DNA of 64,000 nt from Candidatus Poribacteria bacterium (GTDB taxonomy: Bacteria; Poribacteria; WGA-4E; PCPOR2b): contig OZ242326.1 in NCBI GenBank assembly GCA_965208325.1, positions 2,496,001 through 2,560,000 of the forward strand, in the 5' to 3' direction. The notes below the pieces were generated by a model. That model had not been told where the DNA came from. It ran no database searches and saw nothing but the letters and a program-made list of their open reading frames with translations. This document shows, in pieces, positions 49,296-60,356 of the stretch. Both the position numbers and the translations under genes were made by a program. Numbering within the stretch: the stretch's first letter is position 1; every line of letters starts with the position of its first letter.

Positions 49296-51547
49296 TTGAC
49301 GATGATTGAATACACCTTACGAGGTTTCCAACTTCCACCGGCTTTGACACAAGAGATTTTGCGCCGAATCCCCGACATCCCGGCGGCTACTGCACCAACG
49401 AGCAAACCACTTGTGCCGTGGATAACCGCAACCGCGCTGGCGGCGGTCATGTTACTCGTCGGTTTGGGAGTTACAACTACGAGATTCCAGTTGCCCTACA
49501 GCCTAATTGCACCCGAATCGGCGACGATGGTTGAAATCGTTGATGCGCCGATAATTGAAATACCGGTTGCAAAGTTCTCAAACGTCAATCGGACAGGGGG
49601 GCGAATGCAGGAATGGCGGGTAATGGAAACCGGGAAAATGATTCGGTTTGGGCGGCTGCGGCGGACTCACGAATCGATACGGAATCAGACAGAAGCGGCT
49701 GGACACAGACAAACGGGCCTTACGGTGGGGACGTTTCTGCCCTTCACGCCACACCCGAGGGAATGCTTTTTGCCGGGACATCCGAAGCGGGAATTTTTCG
49801 ATCGACCGATGGCGGCGAGACGTGGGTGTCTTCCAGCAAAGGCTTGCAAATCTATAAAAACAACTCGATTCCCGGCATCCTCGTATTGGCAAAAAAGGGA
49901 AATACCCTCTACGCCGGCACTGAAGGCGACCTCTTCTGTTCGACCAACGGCGGCGACTCGTGGCGACAACTGACACGGCTGAAGGATGGAGGGGTTAGGG
50001 CGGTGGCGTTGATGAGCGATGCACTTTACATCGGAAGACGCGAAAAGGGCGTCTTTCGCTCAGAAGATGACGGTGAATCGTGGACGCCAATCAACGACGG
50101 ATTGAACCACCTTGACGTACAACGATTAATGGTGAGTGGAGGGGCGCTTTTCGCAAAAACTCCCGACGGTATATTCCGCCTCAAAGCCGGCGCGAACTCA
50201 TGGACACAACTCGTCATCGCGGATGCGTGGAAACTAAATAACGCGGCGTCAGAAATTACAGGGTTTACTGTCTCTGGTGAAATTATTTACGCCGCGACAG
50301 CCGATGGCGATCTATTGCGCTCAAGGGATATGGGTGATTGGTGGAGGTCAATTAAACCCAAAAAATCGATTCGGTATTATGACGGCGAATTGGCGGCGGT
50401 GGGAAACACGATCTTCCATATCGGCTCAGGCTCTGCCGATGGCCGGGTGTATCGCTCGAACGATGCCGGAAGCTCATGGACGATGTTCAACACCAGTTTG
50501 ATTAATCAAACCATCCAATCCATAACGGCGTTATCGGAGAAGACGCTTTACGTGCGCACATTCGATGGTGTATTTCGATCGACGGATGGCGGAGAATCGT
50601 GGATGAAAATCAACACCGGTATCATCAATACATATATTGATAACCTGGTATTTTTCAGAAATGCTCTCTACACTATAATAACAGGAGATGGAATAGTCAA
50701 ATCAGTGGATGGTGGGAATTCGTGGGCGCCGGCGAATGATGGATTGATTGCCAGCTATGGGGGGACGCTGACAGTTTCGGACGGAAAACTCTACGCGGCA
50801 ACGGCTGAAACCAACTTTAGGTGGAACCCATCAACTTCCGGAATTTATCGCTTGGCAGACGACGGGAACTCGTGGCTGCCGATTCAGACGAACATGCAGT
50901 CGGCTAAGGAGAAGATGTATAAGGTTGATCAGTTGGCTAGCGCCGCAAAGACATTCTACGCCATCGCGCAAATGGGGCAGGGACAGCGACTTCTTCGGTG
51001 GCGAGCGGGGGAAACCCTGTGGACGGTTCTTGGGTTAAGGGATCTGCAATGGGGAACCTTGGCTGTATCGGACAGCACCGTCTACGTCGGCGCAGGGAAC
51101 GGGACACTTTTTCGATCGGTTGACGAAGGTGATACGTGGACAGATGTGAGTCAGCGCCTACCGAATTGGGAGTTGCAATCGAAACGGCGTTCCCAAGGTT
51201 TCCCAGAAGGCGGCTACGATCTGACTTTCGTCGGCGGGACGATTTATGCTGAAACTGATGATGGCAATTTTCACTCAAGGAATGGCGGCGAGACATGGAT
51301 GCCAATCGTCGACGGACCAGCCGACAGCGATGTCGACATACAACTTGTCGATGGCACAACACTTTACGGAACAAGCCCTCTTGGGGTCTTCCGCCTAACG
51401 CAAGGTTCTGGTACATGGGAGAAAATTGCATCAATGATACAACCGTATGTACCTTCAAGGTATGTCTATTCTCTGGCATATGATGGAACGACGTTCTACG
51501 TTGGCACGCCGGCAGAGGGGGTATTCCGGCTTTCGCTGGATAAGTAA
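49296..51547 (+). pseudogene. Decapitated, frameshifted ECF-sigma-type fusion: linker + TM + BNR/Asp-box beta-propeller
   Basis: KEELTMI...FQLPPALTQEILRRI...KPLVPW + TM parallels the post-sigma linker of 51597-54440 (KKEMLTMM...LHPAFTLNIVEAI). G6 at 49596-49601 needs G7 to join ORF 49613-51547, which has many SxDGGxxW Asp boxes. No sigma regions 2/4 upstream. Confidence 0.72.
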
Positions 51548-51596
51548 ACTGTGCCCTACATCTCTATCCGTTCAAAATTGGCGAAGTTGATGTGAG

Positions 51597-54440
51597 TCAA
51601 TGGTCACGGAACCCGGAGGTGTCCCAGATTTGAATGGTGCCGCCTGAGTCACCCGAAACCAGCTTTTTGCCATCGTGGCTAAAAGCGAGCGAATTGACTC
51701 GCCCTGCAGATCCGTTAAGGGTTGTCACCTCTGTCCATGTCTTCATATCCCACACGCGAATCTTCGAATCGTCTGCGCCGGCAGCGAGACAACGTCCTTC
51801 GGGACTAAAAGCGAGTGCCCTAATCCATTCCCCTGTGTCCAATGTCCCAATTAACTTGCGCTCCGCTACACTCCACAATTGAATCTCCCTGTGCGTCCCC
51901 GCTGAAGCCAAGGTACTCCCGTCAGGGCTAAACGCTACAGCAAAAATATTGCCCGACTTAGTTTGTACGTGTGTGAATATTTCTTGTCGTTGTTGAACGT
52001 TCCATAAGCGAAGCGTATTGTCAATCCCACCCGATGCCAGCAACGTCCCGTCCGGACTGAAAGCTATCGACTGTATGATGCTGACATCAGGAATCGGCCA
52101 ATTAATCGGGTCTTCTCTGCGTATCCACTTTGAATACATCCTGTCCCAAAAACCGGTTCCTCGGCGTGGTGGTTCCTGTCCCAACACTCCAACGGCTCTT
52201 TTCCGCCGGGTGTCCCAAAGCCGAATGCACCTTTCATCGACTGTAGCCAGGGTCTTCCCATCGGGGCTAAACGCAACTGACCCCACAATCGTATAGCGCT
52301 GCTCAAAGACGGCTATCTGCTTTCTCTTTCGGACATCCCACAATCGAGCGCTGTCTCTCGCGCCTGTGGCGAGGAATCTCCCATCGGGACTGAACGCCAC
52401 AGATTGAACTGTTGCTTTGGGATTTTGCAGTGTCCTCAACCGCTTTCTAGTCTCCATATCCCAGAGTCCAACGACACCGTCTTGATATCCCGATGCGAGG
52501 AGTATTCCATTCGGACTGAGTGCCACTGATTCAATCCCCGCATTGTGGTTCTGCGCCACGGCGATTTGCCTCCGAGTTCTCACATTCCAAAGTCGAAGGG
52601 CCATGTCTCCACCTTTGTGGCCTGCTGTTGCTGCACCCCTACCGTTGAGAGATGCCAGTGTTTTTCCATCCGGGCTAAAAGCGATGGAATTCACACCACC
52701 GGCATCTGTATTTATCACACCAAGCCGCTTTTGAGTATGGACATCCCACAGCCGGATAGTGGCATCATCGCTAGCGGAAGCCAAGATTGCGCCATCCGGG
52801 CTAAAGGCGACGGTGTTTATGTCTTCTAATTCATGTGTATCTGACTGTAGCAACAGTGCGATTTGTGCCCGATTTGCAACATCCCAAAGACGTATAGTGC
52901 TGTCAATGACGCTTCCCGAAGCTATAGTCTTTCCATCCGGGCTAAAGGCCACCGACGATACCCCAGAATCAGGCACCCTTCCATCAAGACGAGGATGTCC
53001 ATCAAACGAGCCCAGAAGCGTCTGAGTTTGCACGTCCCACAAGTTAATCTTCGGGGTTTCGCATCCGCCTGACGCCAACAACCTTCCATCCGGACTGAAA
53101 GCTAAAGTCCATACGACACTTGAATCAGTGTCTAGGAGCGCACTTTTCTGTTGCTTTGCCGTATCCCACAAAGCAATATCTCCATTTGCGTAACCGACCG
53201 CCAAGGTTTTCCCATCAAGTGAGTAGGAAAGGGTTGTCACTCCGCTGCGACCCGGGAATAGCAAACTTCCAACTAGCTTTTGTGTTGACACATCCCATAG
53301 ATAAATGGTACGATCTCTATGCCCGGATGCTAGTGTACGTCCGTCGGGACTGAATGCGATAGTGCGTGCTCCACGCGCTATCATTCCGACCTCTGTAAGT
53401 GATTCGGCGTCATAGAGCCAGATACCGATAGCCCCCATGACAGCAATCAGCTTGCCATCCGGGGAATAGGTTAATTCGGTCACGATACCGTTGCCCAGAC
53501 GAGCTGTCGGCTTATTTCTGCTGTCCGTTTCCACTTCGGTATCAACGTTTGCCGCCCGCACTTCATTGGGCGGCCGAGAACCCTTGATCGGATCCTTTTT
53601 GCCATCGCCGCTTGAAACAACTGAAGTATCCGAAAGCATAACCACATCTACGGGAATCTCGCCGATTTCCGCGACTTTGGTTTCACTTGGCAGCGGCGTC
53701 CCAATCAACTTACCGACTGCCGGAACTTGCTCGAAGGACACGATGAGAAACAACATTGACAATGTCAGCAGGCTGACAGCGGCAATCCCTATGGGAACAG
53801 CGGGTGTCTGCGGACTCGATTGGATTCGTGTTCGCTGAATGGCTTCTACGATGTTAAGCGTAAAGGCTGGATGAAGCTTCCGTTGTTCAAAACTGGTATC
53901 CATCATCGTTAACATCTCCTTCTTCAATTTAGCGCGAGCGCGGTTTAGGCGCATGGCTATCGCATGGGGTGAGGCTCCGAGAAACTGGGCAATCTCTCTG
54001 CAACTCATCCCTCCCAAATAGTGAAGGGACAAGACTTGCCGATGTATCTCGGGCAACTCAGACAGGGCTTCTTGGAGCGTTAGATGGATTTCGTCCTCTT
54101 GGTAAGAGGACATTGAAATCTTGTCCAAGCACTCTTTTTCTTGGTCGGCAAGGTACTCCCCATCGGGACGGCTCGCCTTAGAACGCAAAAAGTCTTTGCA
54201 CGAATTGGAAGTGATCGCGTAAAGCCATGACAGAAATTTGTCGCACTGTTTCAACGTGCGAAGTTTCTGATATGCCTTGAGAAATACCTCCTGCGTTATG
54301 TCCTGAGCGTCGTGGAAGTTACCGAGTTTTGTATAAGCCAACGCGTAGACGCTGCCCTTGTATTTGTCGACGAGTAAGCCAAACGCAGCGGCATCTCCAT
54401 CAAGGCATTTCTGAATGATATAACCATCTTCCGTTCGCAT
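51597..54440 (-). CDS. ECF sigma-70 factor fused to a TM helix and WD40 beta-propellers
   Basis: Region 2 DAQDITQEVFLKAY...FLSWLYAITSN; region 4 LHYLGGMSCREIAQFLG...RLNRARAKL; TM IGIAAVSLLTLSMLFLIV; ~14 FSPDG..LAS...WD repeats. Start after GGAGG. Confidence 0.92.
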   Translation of the reverse strand: MRTEDGYIIQKCLDGDAAAFGLLVDKYKGSVYALAYTKLGNFHDAQDITQEVFLKAYQKLRTLKQCDKFLSWLYAITSNSCKDFLRSKASRPDGEYLADQEKECLDKISMSSYQEDEIHLTLQEALSELPEIHRQVLSLHYLGGMSCREIAQFLGASPHAIAMRLNRARAKLKKEMLTMMDTSFEQRKLHPAFTLNIVEAIQRTRIQSSPQTPAVPIGIAAVSLLTLSMLFLIVSFEQVPAVGKLIGTPLPSETKVAEIGEIPVDVVMLSDTSVVSSGDGKKDPIKGSRPPNEVRAANVDTEVETDSRNKPTARLGNGIVTELTYSPDGKLIAVMGAIGIWLYDAESLTEVGMIARGARTIAFSPDGRTLASGHRDRTIYLWDVSTQKLVGSLLFPGRSGVTTLSYSLDGKTLAVGYANGDIALWDTAKQQKSALLDTDSSVVWTLAFSPDGRLLASGGCETPKINLWDVQTQTLLGSFDGHPRLDGRVPDSGVSSVAFSPDGKTIASGSVIDSTIRLWDVANRAQIALLLQSDTHELEDINTVAFSPDGAILASASDDATIRLWDVHTQKRLGVINTDAGGVNSIAFSPDGKTLASLNGRGAATAGHKGGDMALRLWNVRTRRQIAVAQNHNAGIESVALSPNGILLASGYQDGVVGLWDMETRKRLRTLQNPKATVQSVAFSPDGRFLATGARDSARLWDVRKRKQIAVFEQRYTIVGSVAFSPDGKTLATVDERCIRLWDTRRKRAVGVLGQEPPRRGTGFWDRMYSKWIRREDPINWPIPDVSIIQSIAFSPDGTLLASGGIDNTLRLWNVQQRQEIFTHVQTKSGNIFAVAFSPDGSTLASAGTHREIQLWSVAERKLIGTLDTGEWIRALAFSPEGRCLAAGADDSKIRVWDMKTWTEVTTLNGSAGRVNSLAFSHDGKKLVSGDSGGTIQIWDTSGFRDH

Positions 54441-54473
54441 GGCTACCTCCATTTACCGGAGCCGTGTGGATGT

Positions 54474-54501
54474 TAGACGTATGCCATCGCCGAAATCTCA
54501 C
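54474..54501 (-). promoter_or_regulatory. Possible ECF-type (autoregulatory) promoter
   Basis: Minus strand GTGAGA, 16 nt, CGTCTA, ~35 nt upstream of the sigma gene start; CGTC is a common ECF -10. Confidence 0.35.
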
Positions 54502-54911
54502 CTGCGAAACAAAATCTTTTTTGAGTCGAGAGCAAAATGGTATTTTGAATACGCACTCGGTACCGTCGAGTATTACCACATTATAATTTCTCTTGCATTA
54601 TACCGTCAAACGTGAAAGCGTCTGTTCACATGTCTGAATAACAGAGTTTTCCACAATGCCCAATGGAGTAACTGCCTAGGCTTTTTATGGTGCGTCAGCA
54701 ATCGGGAGTACATTCAGTTAAAAAGTCTATGGAAAGTCGTGACATTTTTGTGTATACTAACCTGGCGATTTACGGAATTAAGATTTCCGGATTTTATTAT
54801 GGATAGTTGGGATTCATCCACCTAATCACCGCAATTCACATCATTTTTCGTCGTAGGTTAAAAGAGGCAATAGTCCATTAACAAAGGGAGGATTAACCAA
54901 TAAAACACATT

Positions 54912-56180
54912 ATGCGACTCAACCGGGTAAGCACACTATTCACAGCGGCTTCACTGATTTTAATTTGTTGTTTAAGTAACAGCATGCTAACCACAGCATT
55001 GGGTGACGGCTCACGCGCCGAATGGCCTCAATGGCGGGGACCCAACCGGGACGGGGTTTCCCAAGAAACCGGGCTTCTCACTAGTTGGCAGCACGATGAG
55101 CCCAATGTCTTATGGAAAATCCCTTTTGGACACGGCTATTCGGGAATCTCCATTTCGGGCGGGCGTCTCTACACTATGTTCGCACAAGGGAATGATGAGT
55201 ACGCGGTTTGCTTGAATGCGTCAAATGGGGAAGAAATTTGGCGATTTCGTACCGGTTCAAAATTCACCAACAACCACGGCGATGGGCCGCGTTCAACGCC
55301 AACGGTGAATGGAGATGTGGTTTTTGTGCTGGGGGCGAAGGGTAAACTCCACGCTTTAGACGCAAGAACTGGCGAAAAATTGTGGGGACACGATTTGGTT
55401 CACGTGTTTGGCAGTAAAATCCCACGGTGGGGGTTCGCCACATCACCGCTTGTTGAAGCCAATCTCCTTGTGGTTGAAGTTGGCGGAAAGGACGGTAAAT
55501 CTGTTGTTGCATTTGACATGAAGAGCGGCGATGTGATTTGGACATCCGCTATTGATGCACCTGCGTACTCTTCGCCCATTGCCATTACATTCAACGGGAT
55601 ACGGCAACTCATAATTCTTACGTCAAACGGTCCGGTTTCTGTATCGCCAACAGATGGGCAGGTTTACTGGAAATATCACTGGTCAAAAGGTATAAACATA
55701 GCGACGCCGGTCTTCATTCCAGAGAGTCAAATTTTTGTCTCCGCCGCTTACGATAAGGGTGCTGCGCTAGTCAAGATGAAAGCCGACAGCGGTGCGGTGA
55801 CGGTTGATGAGGTGTGGAAGAGCCGTGTGATGAAGAATCATTTCAATGCATCGGTGCTACACCGCGATTACCTATACGGTTTTGACAACACCATCCTGAA
55901 ATGTATTGAAGCGAATACGGGCGAAGAGCAATGGGTAGCGCGCGGTTTCGGCAAAGGCAGTCTAATTTTTGCTGACGGTAATTTAATAGTCCTCGGCGAT
56001 GCGGGCAGGCTCGCGTTGGTTGAAGCAACTCCGTCGGAGTACAAAGAAAAAGGGGATATCCAATTGCTGCACGGCAAATGTTGGACGCCGCCAACCCTCG
56101 CTGGCGGCAAACTTTACCTTCGGAACCACGAGGAACTGGTATGTTTGGATGTGACAGGAGGAATTACCGCCAACGAGTGA
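54912..56180 (+). CDS. PQQ-binding-like (BamB-like) beta-propeller protein, secreted
   Basis: Signal peptide; EWPQWRGPNRDG; repeated ALDA.TGE..W; YSSP; WTPP...GKLYLR. Confidence 0.88.
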   Translation: MRLNRVSTLFTAASLILICCLSNSMLTTALGDGSRAEWPQWRGPNRDGVSQETGLLTSWQHDEPNVLWKIPFGHGYSGISISGGRLYTMFAQGNDEYAVCLNASNGEEIWRFRTGSKFTNNHGDGPRSTPTVNGDVVFVLGAKGKLHALDARTGEKLWGHDLVHVFGSKIPRWGFATSPLVEANLLVVEVGGKDGKSVVAFDMKSGDVIWTSAIDAPAYSSPIAITFNGIRQLIILTSNGPVSVSPTDGQVYWKYHWSKGINIATPVFIPESQIFVSAAYDKGAALVKMKADSGAVTVDEVWKSRVMKNHFNASVLHRDYLYGFDNTILKCIEANTGEEQWVARGFGKGSLIFADGNLIVLGDAGRLALVEATPSEYKEKGDIQLLHGKCWTPPTLAGGKLYLRNHEELVCLDVTGGITANE

Positions 56181-56241
56181 ATGGCAGCAGTCGAATTGCG
56201 CTTTACTCTCAATTTTAACACGTTCGGTAAAACACACGGGT

Positions 56242-57066
56242 ATGACTGACAAAAGAAAAGTTCTAGTTACTGGCGCATCGGGATATATCGCAGGCCGGAT
56301 GTTACCTGCGTTTCGTGATCGGTACGATCTGGTGTTGCTTGATGTCAATACGACCAATCGGGACAATGAGACGGTCGATGGTATTCAGATTGTAGATTTA
56401 ACTGTCCCTGACCGTGACGCATACCGCCGTTATTTCAATGGCATTGACGCCGCCGTTCACTGCGCCTTCAAACGCGGCGGCTTTGAAAACGAGTTTGCGA
56501 ACGTGCAGATGGCGTACAATGTTTATCAGACGTGCCTTGAGGAAGACGTTCGACGGGTGGTTGTGTGTAGTTCAAATCACGCGGCGGATTACTATGAAAG
56601 GTTAATCTGGGCGGATGAATGGGATTTTGTAACGCCGGAGATGCGCCCACTGTCTGACAACTTCTACGGATGGGCGAAAGAGGCGTATGAACATCTCGGT
56701 TTTGTGTTCGCCGCGGGGCATGTCAATGGCAAAAAGCTGCAAAATGTTCAGCTTCGAATCGGCGCCCCGCGAGAAACAATCCTTGATGAAGTTCAACCTA
56801 GCAAACTGAAGCGTATTCACCGGGGGCTTGGCGCTTACTTGAGTGCGCGGGATCAGACTCAGCTTTTTATCAAAAGCATCGAAACCGAAAACATCGAAGA
56901 TGAGAATGCGGTTCCCTTTCAGATCTTCTACGGAATAAGCGGCAACTCGCACGGATTCTGGAGCATCGTAAACGCCCGCAAAATCATCGGCTATGCACCT
57001 GAAGACAACAGTGCAGTAAAGTTTGCTGAACGCATTGCGGAGTTAATGGCTGACAGCAAATCGTGA
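56242..57066 (+). CDS. NAD-dependent epimerase/dehydratase (extended SDR, uronate dehydrogenase-like)
   Basis: VTGASGYIA, SSNHA, YGWAK (YxxxK), LRIG, IGYAPEDN. Confidence 0.85.
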   Translation: MTDKRKVLVTGASGYIAGRMLPAFRDRYDLVLLDVNTTNRDNETVDGIQIVDLTVPDRDAYRRYFNGIDAAVHCAFKRGGFENEFANVQMAYNVYQTCLEEDVRRVVVCSSNHAADYYERLIWADEWDFVTPEMRPLSDNFYGWAKEAYEHLGFVFAAGHVNGKKLQNVQLRIGAPRETILDEVQPSKLKRIHRGLGAYLSARDQTQLFIKSIETENIEDENAVPFQIFYGISGNSHGFWSIVNARKIIGYAPEDNSAVKFAERIAELMADSKS

Positions 57067-57135
57067 TGGTTCAGGTTTTGATTGAAAGTCCACGCTAAAA
57101 CACAACCAATTCATTTGTTACGCCTAGGGAGCTGC

Positions 57136-58107
57136 ATGGCAAAAATCAGAATTGGTATCGTTGGATCCGGCGGCATGGCGCGAAGCCACGCCGAACAATT
57201 CGCCGGGCTTGATGCCGCTAAAGTCACCGTCATCGCGTCAAGGAATGTTCACACAGGTACACAACTCGCGCAGCGATTCGATGCAGAATTTGAAGCGGAT
57301 TGGCAAGTTCTGGTTGAGCGCGAGGATTTGGATGGCGTAGTCATCACAACCCATAACGACAGCCATGGCGAAATCTCGATTAATGCGTTGAGCGCTGATA
57401 AACACGTTTTTTCCGAATATCCGCTGGCGCGGTCCATTGCTGAAGGCGAGAAAGCCATCGCTTTGGCGAAATCCAAGCAACGCGTGCTGCGAATCTCCCA
57501 TCCTGAAACTGTGTCAAACCTGCACAAAGCCATTAAGCGGAAACGCCAGAATCTCGGAAATCTGCTGTTAGCATCTTTCTTGCGCCTCACACCGGGGCGC
57601 GGCGGCCGCCCTGAAATCTTGTTTAACCTACCTGTGTCGGGCCCTCCGGCGCACTTCTTCATTTATCATATCTATCCGGTAATCGACTTGTTTGGCGGTG
57701 TCTCGTGGGTTGAGGCAGGCGCCGCTTACGAAGGTTTAACGAACCTTGGGACATACGATCGGTTTGCCAATACCGTCAATGTCGGGTTCAAGACTGGAGG
57801 CATCGGACAATGGACGTGGGCAGGCGGCATTGAGATTAGGGCGGCAGAGCAACGCCAGCACTACGTTATGGCAGACGGGACAATTACCAGCGAAGGCGGT
57901 TGGCGCTGCTCGACCGGATTGCAAATCGAAGAAATCCAGCCGATTGATGCACCGAGAATTTCACTCCAAGAATTGTGGCTGCGAGAAATCCTAGACGGCG
58001 ATACAGGCGCGGCGCATGCGGACGCCGAAACCGCACTTGAGGCAATTAAAGTTAGCCTTTCAGGCGAGCAATCGATACTCGAAAGCCGTCGAATCGTGTT
58101 GCCTTAA
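57136..58107 (+). CDS. Gfo/Idh/MocA family oxidoreductase
   Basis: IGIVGSGGMA, DLDGVVITT...H, KHVFSEYP. Confidence 0.85.
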   Translation: MAKIRIGIVGSGGMARSHAEQFAGLDAAKVTVIASRNVHTGTQLAQRFDAEFEADWQVLVEREDLDGVVITTHNDSHGEISINALSADKHVFSEYPLARSIAEGEKAIALAKSKQRVLRISHPETVSNLHKAIKRKRQNLGNLLLASFLRLTPGRGGRPEILFNLPVSGPPAHFFIYHIYPVIDLFGGVSWVEAGAAYEGLTNLGTYDRFANTVNVGFKTGGIGQWTWAGGIEIRAAEQRQHYVMADGTITSEGGWRCSTGLQIEEIQPIDAPRISLQELWLREILDGDTGAAHADAETALEAIKVSLSGEQSILESRRIVLP

Positions 58108-58181
58108 TTATTCGATCGATACTAAGTGAAAACTCGCCATTCCCCCTATTATGAAGTTGGCTGAGGCTTCTTGTTTAATCG

Positions 58182-58210
58182 TTGACAGTATTGTTACGCT
58201 CAAATATAAT
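58182..58210 (+). promoter_or_regulatory. Consensus sigma70 promoter
   Basis: TTGACA, 17 nt, TATAAT: perfect consensus. Confidence 0.8.
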
Positions 58211-58346
58211 AGCAGGCGATCAAATATGTCGTTGAGATTAGCAACTAGGACACACTCATTCGAGATATAGAATATATTGCATCTAGTCTCGTGAGGAGAC
58301 ACCGTAAAGTTACTGTTCCAGCGATGCGCCAACGTTATCCGATAGC

Positions 58347-59285
58347 ATGGAGGTTTCATCAGTGACGGCGACGCTCGAACTTCGCCCTTTCGGACGGACC
58401 AATGAGCAGGTCACCGTAATCGGCCTTGGCGGGGGCTACCTTGATAAGCACTCTTTGGCAGACGGCATTGCCACTGTACACCGGGCGCTAGACCTTGGCA
58501 TCAATTACTTCGACACCGCACCAGTCTATGGCCAGGGAGCATCGCAAGTGATTCTCGGCAATGCGCTCGAAAAGCGCACGGAGCCTTATTTATTGGCGAC
58601 GAAAATTGGCTTCCTTGCACAATCAGCAGACTATCGGTCGCCGGACGCGCTTCGATCCCAACTTTGGGAGAGCCTGCGAGCGTTACGGCGGAGTCATGTG
58701 GACATTTTGCAGATTCACCTCGCGGAAATGGCTTGTTGGTGGAAGTCCGGCGTTTCGGAAGAACAACTGTTGAACCCTGATGAAGCTTATAAATTCACAG
58801 ATTCCCCAGTGATGGAGGTACTGTACGAGGCAAAGGCACAGGGAATCTGCCGTTTACTCGGAATCACGTCGGACCACGCCGAGCAGATAACACATGTTTT
58901 GCGCGGGATCGAAGTAGATGCTTGTCTAGTGGCTTATGAATACACCCTGCTGCACCGCAATGCGCTTCGCACAGTGCTGCCGTTAATACGGGAAAAGGGG
59001 ACCGCTTATATTCCGGTAGGCGTGTTTAAAACCATTGGGGCAGATCGGGGACAGAGCCCCGTTCCCCGATTGAACGAAATACAGGAAGGCTGCGGTTTGT
59101 CTTTGATTGAACTGACAATCCGCTACCTAATCGCCGACCCGTGTATCACAACCATTCTTGTCGGTGCGTCCACACCGGAAGAATTGGAAGAGAGCGTCCT
59201 GGCAGCCCAGGCCGGTCCACTCCCACCCGATCTTCATCGAACTCTAGACGAATTGGAGACTCCTAATTCAAGCATTGAAGATTAG
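58347..59285 (+). CDS. Aldo/keto reductase
   Basis: GINYFDTAPVYG, LATK, VDILQIH, ILVGASTPEELEE. Start may be GTG at 58362. Confidence 0.9.
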   Translation: MEVSSVTATLELRPFGRTNEQVTVIGLGGGYLDKHSLADGIATVHRALDLGINYFDTAPVYGQGASQVILGNALEKRTEPYLLATKIGFLAQSADYRSPDALRSQLWESLRALRRSHVDILQIHLAEMACWWKSGVSEEQLLNPDEAYKFTDSPVMEVLYEAKAQGICRLLGITSDHAEQITHVLRGIEVDACLVAYEYTLLHRNALRTVLPLIREKGTAYIPVGVFKTIGADRGQSPVPRLNEIQEGCGLSLIELTIRYLIADPCITTILVGASTPEELEESVLAAQAGPLPPDLHRTLDELETPNSSIED

Positions 59286-59677
59286 CGCCACAATACGGCG
59301 TGCTCATATTCAATGGCAGTCTAGGTTATCAGTGCGCAATACGAGAGCAACCTACGTCTCACGGACAGTCATGCGTAATTTTCAACAATCAATTACGGTA
59401 TAATCTCCATCCGACATTGGGAGAGGAGGATTTGACGGCCTCAACCAGCTTACGGATTCATCTAGAATTGGAATTTCATCCAGGGTACAGTTTTACGCCC
59501 CAACTCAGAGATGAATTCCCGGTATCACGCGCTATACAGCAAACAGGATGTTTTAAAACTCCTTTTGGCACATTTCCCATTTTTCAATGCACCTATTAAG
59601 TTCCAGAACACCGGAGAATCTGAATTCTAATGTTTCCTAGTGTCCATTCCCACGTATTCCTTAGGGAGGTTTGATAC

Positions 59678-60214
59678 ATGAAAAATAGAAAAATTCGTGG
59701 CTATTTGCCTTTTTTGTGGGCGGCAACCTACGCCATGATAGTTGGAGTTGGCTGTAGCCATTCAGGCAATACGCCCCAAATTAACAACAGCGCACCGGAT
59801 AAACAGCGTGTTGTGTCCGTAAAGGATTTTGAGCAGCCCAACATCAGCGGCGATTGGACCGGCACTTGGGGCGTATATAATCCGCAACAGACAAATAACG
59901 CCGCTCAGAATACTCAGCAGCTGTTAGACTGCCGCGTGGTGGCGTTAACTCGCGGCGAATGGCAAGCGACATTTGAGGGCGAGTGCGGACGCCCCTATAA
60001 ATACACAATACAAATGCTCGGGCGCCGGACCGGAGAAGTCGTCCTATTTAAAGGGAGTGTGGACCTCGGAGAAAAGGATGGCGGTGTTTACGACTGGATT
60101 GGTCGAGCTACAGAGGAAAAATTTATCGGTTTCTATACCAGCCAAAATTATACGGGGACCTTCCAAATGGCTCGAGTTACAGAATCGTCTGGCACGGAAG
60201 CCGGAAATCTATAG
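59678..60214 (+). CDS. Hypothetical lipoprotein (beta-rich)
   Basis: GGAGG RBS; lipobox GVGC; SGDWTGTW beta-barrel-like start. Confidence 0.7.
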   Translation: MKNRKIRGYLPFLWAATYAMIVGVGCSHSGNTPQINNSAPDKQRVVSVKDFEQPNISGDWTGTWGVYNPQQTNNAAQNTQQLLDCRVVALTRGEWQATFEGECGRPYKYTIQMLGRRTGEVVLFKGSVDLGEKDGGVYDWIGRATEEKFIGFYTSQNYTGTFQMARVTESSGTEAGNL

Positions 60215-60356
60215 CTTCTCGGTACGTCAAAGTTTGAAAGACAATGGAGGAAGGTTCGCCACTGAAAGCTGTTGCTGATATTACCCACCATGCTTCATGC
60301 CTCCGTTCCCCTGAACGTCTAATGTCATAACTCAGACAAATTTTAGGTATCATGCT

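Noticed and set aside
59300..59599. 99-aa ORF between the aldo/keto reductase and the lipoprotein gene
   Set aside because: No RBS, no motif and atypical composition; probably intergenic.
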